Part shown: one piece after another, positions 9,223-18,700 of the stretch | Layout of the letters: each line of letters begins with the position of its first letter | How positions within the stretch are numbered: the first letter of the stretch is position 1 | Origin: Candidatus Polarisedimenticolia bacterium | GTDB taxonomy: Bacteria; Acidobacteriota; Polarisedimenticolia; JACPZX01; DASXTC01 | Length of the DNA stretch: 64,000 nucleotides | Direction: 5' to 3' | NCBI GenBank assembly: GCA_050747525.1 | Contig: JBOGOC010000097.1 | Coordinates: forward strand, 74,209-138,208 | Notes under the pieces: generated by a model | Databases searched by the model: none | Told to the model about the DNA's origin: nothing | What the model saw: the letters and a program-made list of their open reading frames with translations, nothing else | Translations under genes and position numbers: made by a program

Positions 9223-10230
9223 CTAAAAGCGCCGCGCACTGACCAGCGCGAACGACCTGACGCTCTCGTCGAAGAAGTCGATGTCGGAGGTCTTCTCGTA
9301 GGCGGCGCCGGTGAAACCGGCACTCCATTTGCCCGGAGAAGGAAACAGGGCGATGAAGGAAACGCCAATGCCGTCCGAGTCGGCCGGCTTGCCGTAGATG
9401 GGATGCTCCTGGTCGTACCGGGTCGACTCGGCGTAGGCGGTGGCAGTGACCGTCACCCTCTTCCCGGCGTACACGTAGGCTATCTCGAATCCCGCAAGGT
9501 CGTGCGCCACCGCCTCACCATCCCGGTCCTGGATCTGAAGGGTCGCGCGCGGCGCCAGGCCGTGCCTCTTGGAGAGTCTGATGTGATACGAGACGCGGAC
9601 TTGCTGCATGAGTCCGTCCCGCTCGAGGAGCCGCTGCTCGGCGTCCGTGAGGCCGAGAAACCTGCCGCTGCGCTCTTTCTCGACTTCAATCCGGCCCGCC
9701 GTGAGCTCGATCTCGAGCCCCGAGCCGCCGATGCCGCTCCAGGTGAGGCGCGCTCCTCGCGACTCACGGTCGGTCACTTCGCGCTCTTCCCCCGTCACGT
9801 AAGGATCCTCCCAGACGCGCACCGGGAGACCGGCGAGCAGCTCGACCCCCAGGAGTCCCGCGCTTCCCAGCCCCTGAGTCAGGCGGATGCTGGCCGTGAA
9901 GTCGTACCGGATGACATCCTCGACGGAGTGGCCGGCGCTCAGATAGGTCCGCGATCCTGCGAAGCGGTAGCCGATCTCGCCCTTGAGGAACGGGACGGGA
10001 TCCGTGACGGAGCCGGGCTCGTCGACCAGTGAGCCGATCTCCTCCTTTCCAAACTGCTGGAGCCTGCTGCCGCTGATGAAGTTGCTCTCGAGTTTCTGGG
10101 TCCCCGCCCCCATCACGTCGAAGCCGTGCCAACCGGCCTTCTCGGGAGGTGGGTCAAGAGCCGCCGCCGGCGTCGCGGCGGCCAGGAGCGGCCCGAGGAC
10201 GACGAGGGTCCTCACCATCCAATGTTTCAT
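9223..10230 (-). CDS. putative outer-membrane beta-barrel protein
   Basis: Signal peptide MKHWMVRTLVVLGPLLAAATPAAA. Alternating amphipathic beta-strand pattern throughout. C-terminal ...FALVSARRF with a terminal Phe, typical of a BAM substrate. Confidence 0.5.
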   Translation of the reverse strand: MKHWMVRTLVVLGPLLAAATPAAALDPPPEKAGWHGFDVMGAGTQKLESNFISGSRLQQFGKEEIGSLVDEPGSVTDPVPFLKGEIGYRFAGSRTYLSAGHSVEDVIRYDFTASIRLTQGLGSAGLLGVELLAGLPVRVWEDPYVTGEEREVTDRESRGARLTWSGIGGSGLEIELTAGRIEVEKERSGRFLGLTDAEQRLLERDGLMQQVRVSYHIRLSKRHGLAPRATLQIQDRDGEAVAHDLAGFEIAYVYAGKRVTVTATAYAESTRYDQEHPIYGKPADSDGIGVSFIALFPSPGKWSAGFTGAAYEKTSDIDFFDESVRSFALVSARRF

Positions 10231-10374
10231 CCACTATATCTATCACCACTGGTTGAGGTTCGCAGCGTCACTGCGGCTCGGATGCCCGTCTCGACACTTC
10301 TATGTCACCCCGGCAGAGGTTCGAGTTCGTAGTCGCTGGTCACCCGGGATGCGCAGTGAAGGCTCCCTCCCACC

Positions 10375-11316
10375 TCATGGGCGCAACGTGCCCGCCGCCG
10401 ATCCCTCGGCGGTGGGCGGCTCGCGGTCAATGACGGGGGAGGGGAGGGCCTGCTCCATCCACGCGCGGATCCTGCTGGCGTCTCCCAGGCGCGTGTACTT
10501 CCCCCAGGAGTCGAGCAGGACGATGACGACGTCTCGCGCGGCAATCTTAGCTTCCATCACGAGGCACCGCCCGGCCTCGTTGATGTAGCCGGTTTTCGAC
10601 AGCGCGATGTCCCAGGTCTTGTTGCTCACCAGCCGGTTGGAGTTGTGGAGTTGGATCACCCGCCCGCGCGGAAGCCTCACCGTGTGGGAGGGGGAGGTGG
10701 TCGCCTCGCGGATCCTCGGATAGGCGCGGGCGGCCAGCACCAGCCGGGCGAGGTCCGCGGGGGTAGAGACGTTCTTGTCGGACAGCCCCGTCGGATCCGT
10801 GAAGCGGGTCGAGAGCATTCCCAGCTCCACCGCCTTGCGGTTCATGGCCTCAACGCACATGGAGGTCCCTCCCGGGTAGGCCCGCGCCAGAGCGGAGGCC
10901 GCCCGGTTGTCCGAGGCCATCAATGCCGCCAGGAGCAGATCCTCCCGCTTGAGGCGGGCTCGCACCGGAAGCCGGGACCCCGAATACTTGATCGTGTCGA
11001 CGTCCGCGCGCGTGATGGCGATCTCATCGTCGAGGGGAGACCCCGCATCCAGCACCACCATGGCGGTCATCAGCTTGGTGATGGAGGCGATCGGAGCAAC
11101 CTTGTCGGGGTGCTTCGAGTAGAGTGTCGTGCTCTTCTCCGCGTCGATCACCAGAGCGAGGTTCGATCTCACGCCGGGGCCGTGTTGCCCGCTCGGTCCA
11201 GGGCGCGCCGCGCTAGGGCGGACGGCTGCACGAGAGGCACCGGCGGCTGCCCCCCTCGCCGGCGTCGTGCCGGCTGCCATGAAGAGAGTCGAGAAAATCA
11301 TGACGACCAGGGTCAC
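10375..11316 (-). CDS. pbpG: D-alanyl-D-alanine endopeptidase / carboxypeptidase, peptidase S11 (PBP7-like)
   Basis: Signal peptide. SxxK motif (ASITKLMTAMVV), SxN motif (ASDNRAA), KTG motif (LSKTGYINEAG). 313 aa with no C-terminal DacA-type domain. Confidence 0.7.
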   Translation of the reverse strand: MTLVVMIFSTLFMAAGTTPARGAAAGASRAAVRPSAARPGPSGQHGPGVRSNLALVIDAEKSTTLYSKHPDKVAPIASITKLMTAMVVLDAGSPLDDEIAITRADVDTIKYSGSRLPVRARLKREDLLLAALMASDNRAASALARAYPGGTSMCVEAMNRKAVELGMLSTRFTDPTGLSDKNVSTPADLARLVLAARAYPRIREATTSPSHTVRLPRGRVIQLHNSNRLVSNKTWDIALSKTGYINEAGRCLVMEAKIAARDVVIVLLDSWGKYTRLGDASRIRAWMEQALPSPVIDREPPTAEGSAAGTLRP

Positions 11317-11774
11317 CGGGGGATCGATTCGATTCAGGAGAGCCTCCTCTCTGCGGGTTCCTCACCAAGGCATCGGTCGACAAGCTAGCGGAAATCCTTG
11401 CTCATGAAAAGGGGCGAGGCAAGGAAATCACGGTCATGTCCATCCCTCGTGAAAGTCCCCGTCAGCCCGGGGTCATCGGAGGAGGATGATTCCGGATCCA
11501 GAATAGGAAACGCGCTGATATGATGGGCCGGCACCCCACCATTGAGGGGCACCATGGCAGCGGTTCGCATCGCTCTCCTGGCAGTCGGTGCGGTCCTGTT
11601 CACCGGCGCCGCGGCACCTCCGCCCCGGCGTCGAGCCCGGGAAGGACTTCGATCGCGTGCGGTCGCTGACTCCAGCCGAGCCGTGGGAGCCCGGTCCCGT
11701 CGTCGACGAGGCCGATCGCTTCGTCATCCGGGTGGCCAAAGGCGACCCTTGTCCGTAGTGCCAGCGTCTGCCCC

Positions 11775-12527
11775 GTGCGCAAGGTGACCAGTGCCGAGAT
11801 CCTGTCCGGGCGCCGGCCTGCGGCGCAGCCGGCACTCTGGTCGGTACGTCTCCGGTTGCTTGCCGTCGCTTTGACCTGCCCGGCGAGTTCACGGGAGCGT
11901 GATCAGCGGCTCTCGGAGCTGTGGCCGCTGCTTTACGGCTCCTTGAGCCGGTTCGTCCGCCTTCACGCAAGCCGTTACGGATCCATGGGGCAGGATCTCG
12001 TTCATGACATCGCCTCCGAGAAAGCGATAGATCTGCTCGCCCGCCTCGATAAGGGAGCATGGGACCCGGGACGCTGGAGTCCTGCTCAGCTCGCGGGGCT
12101 CCTGTCCCGGATAGCCCGAAACGGCGTCGTCGACCACATCCGCTCTCTGCGCAGGCTGAGCGATCTGGATCCGCTTCCGTGTCTGGAGCGCGGATCGGCC
12201 CAGGCCCGTTCCGAGACCGCTGACAACGGCCTGGAGCGCCGTCTGTTCGCCGCCGCGCTGCGAGAGTGCGCCGGCACCCTGCAGAGGCGAGCGCGCGCGG
12301 TGTGGCTTCTGCGCGTCTTCCTCGAGATGCCGAGCGCGGAGATCGCGCGCCACCCGGGCGTTCGGATGCGCGCGCCGGCCGTTGACATGATGCTGATGCG
12401 TTGCCGGCGGATCATCGGACAGTGCATGCGGGGAAAGGGATTTGAGCCGAAAGACATCCCCCCTGGGGCCTTCGCGGTTGTGTGGAAGGCCTTCGGGCTC
12501 GACCAGCAGCCGGAGAGAGAGGAATGA
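11775..12527 (+). CDS. ECF (sigma-70 family) RNA polymerase sigma factor
   Basis: Region 2 (SELWPLLYGSLSRFVRLHASRYGSMGQDLVHDIASEKAIDLL). Region 4 HTH (LRVFLEMPSAEIARHPGVRMRAPAVDMMLMRCRRII). The true start is probably downstream (TTG/GTG near 11870), because the first ~30 codons are low-complexity. The stop overlaps the next start (ATGATGA). Confidence 0.65.
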   Translation: MRKVTSAEILSGRRPAAQPALWSVRLRLLAVALTCPASSRERDQRLSELWPLLYGSLSRFVRLHASRYGSMGQDLVHDIASEKAIDLLARLDKGAWDPGRWSPAQLAGLLSRIARNGVVDHIRSLRRLSDLDPLPCLERGSAQARSETADNGLERRLFAAALRECAGTLQRRARAVWLLRVFLEMPSAEIARHPGVRMRAPAVDMMLMRCRRIIGQCMRGKGFEPKDIPPGAFAVVWKAFGLDQQPEREE

Positions 12528-13246
12528 TGAAGGCGAGCCATTCCCATCCGGGCGATGACCGGCTCTTCGACCTCGCGCACGGGCTGCTTCCACGTGACGT
12601 GGGGAAGACCTGCTTCGACCACCTGGCCGCCTGCTCCGAATGCGAAGATCGCTTCCGGGAGATGACGCGGGATCGGCATCGAGCGTTGAGCATGGAGCCT
12701 CAGACGCTCGAACCGTCCGGAGCGTCCACCATCAGGAGCATCCCGAGGCTGTGGGCCACGCTGGGGTTGTCGGCCGCGGCGATCATCCTCATGGCCGTCC
12801 TGTTTCTGCCCGGGCGGGAGGACGGGCCGCCGCCCTACTGGCTGCCCATCGAGGTCGGCAACACGCTGCTTCGCTCCGGGCCGGCCCCGGACAGGTACGC
12901 GAGAGCGTTGGAGGCGTACGAGCGCCACGACGCCGCACGCGTCGTCGCGATCCTGGAAAGCGAGCCGATCCCTCGTCAGGATCTCTTCATGCGGCTTGTC
13001 TACGCGAGCGCGCTTCTCCTCGAGGATCGCCCGAGGCAGGCGCGGGAGGAGCTCATGAGCATCCGGATCGACCGGCTGCCGGAGCCCTCTCGGCGTCGCG
13101 CGCGCTGGCTCCTGTACAGCAGCCAGCGCCAGTTGGCGGAAAATGAGGAGGCTGATGCCCTGCTGGCGCAGCTTGCCGCCGATCCGGGAGTGATCGGCGA
13201 TCTTGCGCGGGCCGAGATCGTCAGGCTGGGATCGGCGCAGCCATGA
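12524..13246 (+). CDS. anti-sigma factor (zf-HC2 zinc-finger, single TM, periplasmic domain)
   Basis: MMKASHSHP start overlaps the sigma stop. Zinc-binding motif HLAACSECEDRF. One TM helice (LWATLGLSAAAIILMAVLFL), then a periplasmic segment. Stop overlaps the next ATG. Confidence 0.6.
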   Translation: MMKASHSHPGDDRLFDLAHGLLPRDVGKTCFDHLAACSECEDRFREMTRDRHRALSMEPQTLEPSGASTIRSIPRLWATLGLSAAAIILMAVLFLPGREDGPPPYWLPIEVGNTLLRSGPAPDRYARALEAYERHDAARVVAILESEPIPRQDLFMRLVYASALLLEDRPRQAREELMSIRIDRLPEPSRRRARWLLYSSQRQLAENEEADALLAQLAADPGVIGDLARAEIVRLGSAQP

Positions 13247-15654
13247 TCGGGACGCAGACCTCTCTCGGAGCGGCCGGCGCATTTCGTTTGAGCGTGGCTG
13301 CTTCCTTGCTGGTCGTATCCACAAGCCTGTGGATCGCGACCTATCTGCTGGCCCGGGAGAGCTCCGCTGAGCTGCGGGCGGCGGGGAACTCGGACGGCAC
13401 CCGCAGCGTCATTGAAACGCTCGTGAAGCAGGAGCGGTACCTCGAAGCGTTCTCGCGGGCCGTCGCCAGGGTGAGCGGGCTCTCGGAGGCGCTCGGTCTG
13501 GACTCGCCCGCGTCGCTGGATGCCCTCGAGCAGGTCGCGGTCATCGCGCATCGGGCAGGAGACCAGAACCTCGCGGAGCTGCTCCTCGAAGTGTCGCTCG
13601 CCCGGCGGCGGGTGGTTCACGGGGAGCGGTCGCCGGAGGTCGCGGAGAGCCTGCATCATGAGGGGCTCGTGGCCCGCTTCCTCGGCCGGTACGAGCAGGC
13701 GCGTCAGCTCCACGACCAGGCGATCCAACGGCTCGCGCCGCACCGGGCCACTCACGGCCCCCTCCTGGCCGAAGCGATTCAGGCCCAGGCGAGCTGGCTG
13801 CGCCACGTGGAACTCGACCGTGCCATCGACGGATACGCCGACGCGCTGGCCGTCCGCCTCGAGAATCCCGAAACCCCCAGGATCGCCATCGCCGACAACC
13901 TTGTGTGGCTGGGCTGGACGACGTTCCAGGCGGGACGACATGAGGAAGCGGCGCTTCACCTCGCGGAGGCCGAGCGTCTCCTGCGCGAGGCAGGACTGCA
14001 CGATCACACGCTCATGGGCGTCCTCCTCTCCGTTCGCGCGGATGAGCTGGCCATCCACGGAGCGTGGGCGGCCGCCGCGCAGGCGTACGAGGCGAGCACC
14101 GCGATCTTCGAGGTAGCGCGACGCAAGCACTTCCCAGGCTTCCCGCGTCGCAAGAGCCCGCCTCACGGGTACGCCACCTACGCGCTGACTCAGCTGATGC
14201 AGGGGCGGGACGAAGAGGCGTGGACGCTCCTGCAACGTGCGCGCGGCGCGGTGACCTCGGACTTCCTTCAGCTCGCCCGCTGGCAGGAGCTTCGCCCCGA
14301 CACCTGGCGGGAGATAACGGATCTGCGCAGGGCGACCCTGGCCGCCGAGGAGGATCTTCGCGACGCAGCACCGGAGGCGCAGTTGAAGTCGATCCTGCGC
14401 CTGCTCGATCTCCGCGCGCGGACCCTGGAGCTGGAGCAAGCCTTCCTTGACGCGCACCCTCCCCGCGAGGCCCCGTCGCTCACGGCACTGCAGGCCGCGC
14501 TCGCCCCGGAGGAGGCCTTCGTCGGCTGGGTCGACTTCCGGTTGGGAAACCATCACGGGCAATCCAGAGGCCCGAGCCGGGCGGAGATCTGGGCGTACGT
14601 CATCCGGCGCGACAGCATCCGCTGGGTTCCCTTGATGCGCGCCCGAACGACGGAGGAGGCGCGGGCGACTGACGAGAGCTTCAGGAGATACAGCCATGCC
14701 CTGAGGATCGCCGCGGGCTGGCCGGAGCGGGTGGAGCCGGACGAGGAGCTGGACCGATTGCGGCGCGAGGTGGGATCGATCCTCATGGATCCGGTGCTGC
14801 CCGAGCTGCACGGGAAGAAGGTCCTGATCGTCGAGCTGTCGAACCTGGTCCCCGAGCTTCCGATCGAAGCCCTGATCCTCGCGGACGGCACGGTGGTGAA
14901 GGAGCGCTTCGCGGTCTCCTACATCCACTCGGCAGAGACCTACATGGCGATGCGCCGCACGGATCCGGATCGCAGTGACCTCCGACGGCTGCCGGCCCTC
15001 ATCGTCGGAGATCCGGCCTTCGGCGCGGAGAGCCCGTATCTGCCGCTGCCGTTCTCCAGCCAGGAGATCGCGGGTATCTCCTCCCTGTTCCCGTCCGCGA
15101 GCGTCCTGCGCGGCGCCGCGGCGACCGAGGCCCGGCTGGACGAGCTGGCGCGTTCCGGCCGGCTCCGGGAGTTCGGCATCCTCCACTTCGCCACCCATGT
15201 GGTGAGCGGGGGGCACCTGGAACGCTCGGCGGTGGTGCTGTCCCCGGAGGACGAGGGCGGATACGACGGGCTCGTCGATGCCGCCGAGATCCTGGCCGGC
15301 TGGCGTCTGCGCGCCGACGTCGTGGCCCTCAGTGGCTGCCACTCGCTCGTCGGCCGGGGCCCGGCGGACAGCGGGGAGTACCTGGGATTCACGCAGGTTC
15401 TCCTGGCCGCTGGAGCCCGGAGCGTCCTGGCGAGCCTGTGGCGCGTCGACGACGAGGCGACCGCACACTTGATGAAGCGCTTCTACGAGAATCTGATGGG
15501 CCAGCCTTCCACGCGCGCCTCCCGGGCGCAGGCGCTCCGCGAGGCGGGCCTCTGGCTGCGCAGGTATGTCGACGAAGAAGGCCGGAGGCCCTTCGAGCAC
15601 CCGGTCTACTGGTCCGGGTTCATCGTGATCGGACCTCCCGGATCTCCGCGTTAG
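13243..15654 (+). CDS. TPR-repeat / CHAT-domain protease (caspase-like), N-terminal TM anchor
   Basis: N-terminal TM (LSVAASLLVVSTSLWIATYLLA). TPR-like helical repeats. C-terminal CHAT domain with His (ILHFATHVVSGGH) and Cys (VVALSGCHSLVG) of the caspase-like catalytic dyad. 4-nt overlap with the upstream anti-sigma gene. Confidence 0.8.
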   Translation: MIGTQTSLGAAGAFRLSVAASLLVVSTSLWIATYLLARESSAELRAAGNSDGTRSVIETLVKQERYLEAFSRAVARVSGLSEALGLDSPASLDALEQVAVIAHRAGDQNLAELLLEVSLARRRVVHGERSPEVAESLHHEGLVARFLGRYEQARQLHDQAIQRLAPHRATHGPLLAEAIQAQASWLRHVELDRAIDGYADALAVRLENPETPRIAIADNLVWLGWTTFQAGRHEEAALHLAEAERLLREAGLHDHTLMGVLLSVRADELAIHGAWAAAAQAYEASTAIFEVARRKHFPGFPRRKSPPHGYATYALTQLMQGRDEEAWTLLQRARGAVTSDFLQLARWQELRPDTWREITDLRRATLAAEEDLRDAAPEAQLKSILRLLDLRARTLELEQAFLDAHPPREAPSLTALQAALAPEEAFVGWVDFRLGNHHGQSRGPSRAEIWAYVIRRDSIRWVPLMRARTTEEARATDESFRRYSHALRIAAGWPERVEPDEELDRLRREVGSILMDPVLPELHGKKVLIVELSNLVPELPIEALILADGTVVKERFAVSYIHSAETYMAMRRTDPDRSDLRRLPALIVGDPAFGAESPYLPLPFSSQEIAGISSLFPSASVLRGAAATEARLDELARSGRLREFGILHFATHVVSGGHLERSAVVLSPEDEGGYDGLVDAAEILAGWRLRADVVALSGCHSLVGRGPADSGEYLGFTQVLLAAGARSVLASLWRVDDEATAHLMKRFYENLMGQPSTRASRAQALREAGLWLRRYVDEEGRRPFEHPVYWSGFIVIGPPGSPR

Positions 15655-15726
15655 AAATCCCTCCTCCCGCCGATCAGTCAGGGAGCCGGCGTCGTGAGCC
15701 GCTCCACCTTCAGGAGGAGAGTGGTG

Positions 15727-18700
15727 ATGAACCAGACCCCTGTCGCCTTCACCCGGTCGATTCCGCTGGTCCTGATCCTTCTCGTCCTGATGCCGGGGGG
15801 GGAGGTCGAGGCGGTGTCCCCTGCACCGCCGCAAGGGGCGCCTCCGGGCTCGGGGCAGTGGCTTGCCAGCTGGGAGGGGGCGCCTGCGCCGGGAGCCTTC
15901 CGCGCCGCCGAGGGCGTGGTGTCCCTGGGTGGGCCGCATGCGACTCAGGCAGAGGTGGTCGCCGCCGTGCAGAGCCACCTCGTCGCGAATCCGCAGCTCC
16001 TCGGGGGACTGGATCCTGCACAGGAGGTCGAGGTCGCCTATTCCGCGGGGATCCGCGACATGGTCTATGTCCACTACCGTCAGCTCCTGCAGGGAGAGGG
16101 GCTGGACGTGGAAGGGACCTGGGTGCGGTTCTCGGTCAAGCGGGGGGCCGGAGGCAGCATCATTCTGGACACGGACGTGCGCGTGTACCCGTCGCTGACG
16201 TCCTTGCTTCCCTCTGCGTCGCCGCGGCCGGGCGCCGAGCTGAATCAGGCGGCCCGGGCGGCCCTTGGGATCGCCGGGGGGACCCTCCTGCGGGAGAAGT
16301 ATGTCGTCCGGCACGTCGAGAGAAGGGCCGGTCAAGGCCGATGGTATCGGGTCTACGAGGCGCGCTTCGAGGAAAGCCCCTACACCGCCGTCGTCGACTC
16401 GGACACGGCCGAGGTGCTGGGCGTTCGCGACGATCGCCGTTACGCTGATCCGGCGATCCAGGTGGTCCAGGGGACGCTTCGTGGAGACGGCGTCTGGTTC
16501 GACCCGGTCACCACCGGCGAGGACCTCGACACCTTCAACCTCGCGGATCTCGCCGTGAACGCGGGCGGGCAGATCGTCTACACCGACGATCAAGGGCGCT
16601 TCATCTTCCCGACCCTCACGACACCGACCAACGTCAGCGCTCGGTTGACGGGACGCTGGGCGGATGTGTGGTCGTACTTTCTCGATGACCTGACCGTCTT
16701 GGGAGTCGCTACGCCGGGAGTCCCTCTCGACCTGCACTTCAACCCAGCCGGCTACCACAGCTATGAGGTAGCGCAGGTGAATGGCTACCACCACACGACT
16801 CTCGTACACGACTGGGTCAGCACGAGGCTTGGCAGCGCCCTCCCCATGCTGGACAGCTTCACCGTTCCAGTCTACGTGAACCTGCCGGGCCAACCATGCT
16901 ATGCATCCTTCAATGGCTCACTCAATTTCAATCGAGAAGGCATTCACGAGGGCAACGAGTGCATCAATACCGCCTACGACACCATCATCTACCACGAGTA
17001 CGGCCACTACGTGGACGCGTTGAGCCCCCTGGGAGAGGGAGAGGCTCTCGGAGAGGGTTTCGGGGACATGCTGGCGAGCTACGTGAGCGGCCAGCCCGAG
17101 ATTGGAGAGAACCTGGACGATCAGAGTCCTTTCCTCCGGACGGCCGACAACGACTACAGGTATCCCCCTGACGGGTTCGGGGAGATACACGAAGTCGGCC
17201 AGGCCTGGGCCGGCTTCGCATGGCATCTCCGCGAGAACCTGATCGCCGGGCTCGGGTCTGTGGCCGGCCGGCAGGCCGCCGAGGATCTCGTGATCCCGAT
17301 GTTCGTCGCGGATCCTTACAGCATTCCCGATGCCGTCTGGGAGGTGGTTCTTCTGGACGATGCGGACGAGGATCTCTCGAATGGCACGCCGCATCTCGCG
17401 GAGATCGCCGGCGCGGCGGCCCGGCACGGCCTCTTCCCCTTCCACTCCGATTCGGTGACGGTCATTTCCTATCCGGCCATGACGTCGGTCGAGGCCTCGC
17501 AAGGCACCGTCCCTGTCATCGGGACCGTGGATCCCGCCGCCGTCTATCCGGGCCTCGTGCTCCAGGACTACGAGTTGTCTTACGGCTTCGGGCGCAACCC
17601 CGGGAGCTGGATCTCGCTGGCCACCGGCACGAGCGCCGTCCGGAACGGCCTCCTGGGGACCTGGGACTTCAGCGCGCTGCCTGTCGGGCTGTACAGCCTC
17701 AGGCTCGTTGCGCGGGCGACAAACGGCCTGCTGTTTCAGTTCGTGACGAAGGTCGGAATCGAAGCGACGATCACACCGATCACCACGGATCCGGCCTGGC
17801 AATTCAGCCCGGCGATTTCGGGCCGCAACGTCGTCTGGGAAGACCATCGCAATGGATTCGCCTTCGCGGACATCTGGCGTCACGACCTCGTCACGGGCGC
17901 CGCGTCGAGCGTGACGACGTCCCCGGGGCGCCAGTCAAACCCGGACGTCGCAGGAAGTCTTGTCGTGTGGGAGGACTACCGCAGTGACTTTCACGGAGAC
18001 GTCTACCTCTTCGATCTGTCGACGGGCTCCGAATGGCCCCTCGCCACCGGAGCCTTGAACCAGATCGATGCCAGGGTCTCGGGGAACCGCGTGGTCCGGA
18101 CGGACTACGGGAACGGGAACGCGGACGTGATTCTGTGCGAGTTCGATCCGGCGACGGGCCAGTGCCCCCAGCGCTGGTCGACGAACCATGCGGCCACCCA
18201 GGAGCTCCCCGCCGTGTCAGGGAACGTGGTCGCGTGGACGGATTATCGCAGCGGCAACGCGGACGTTCGCGCATGCACTTACAATCCCGCGACCGGTGCG
18301 TGCGGCACTCTCTTCGCGCCGGCGGACCCGTCGATTCAGTGGTACCCGCACGTCTCGGATCCGCTCATCGTCTGGGAGGACTTCAGGAGCGATCCCGGCT
18401 GCTTCCCGTACCCCGGTGGTCCCGTCTGCGACACGGACATCTACCTGCGTGATGGCGCAGTCCGGACCATCGCCATCTCGTCGCCGGGGCTCCAGATGGA
18501 TCCGGTGGTCGACGCCGGGCGTAAGCTCGTGGTCTGGTCAGGGATGGTCGAGGACAACCTCGACATCTTCTACTGCAGGTACGATCCGGTGAGCGGGGCC
18601 TGCCCCGCGCAACAGCTCACCTTTGATCCGGGCAACCAGACGAATCCGGCCATCCATGGCGACATGATCATCTGGTCCGACGACAGAGGCGGGAACCTGG

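Noticed and set aside
13000-16893. 1,297-aa minus-strand ORF spanning the CHAT and metalloprotease genes
   Set aside because: Arg/Gly/Pro-rich low-complexity translation with no domain signatures. The plus strand over the same span has unambiguous TPR-CHAT and HExxH protease motifs and coupled start/stop overlaps. It is a typical high-GC antisense shadow.
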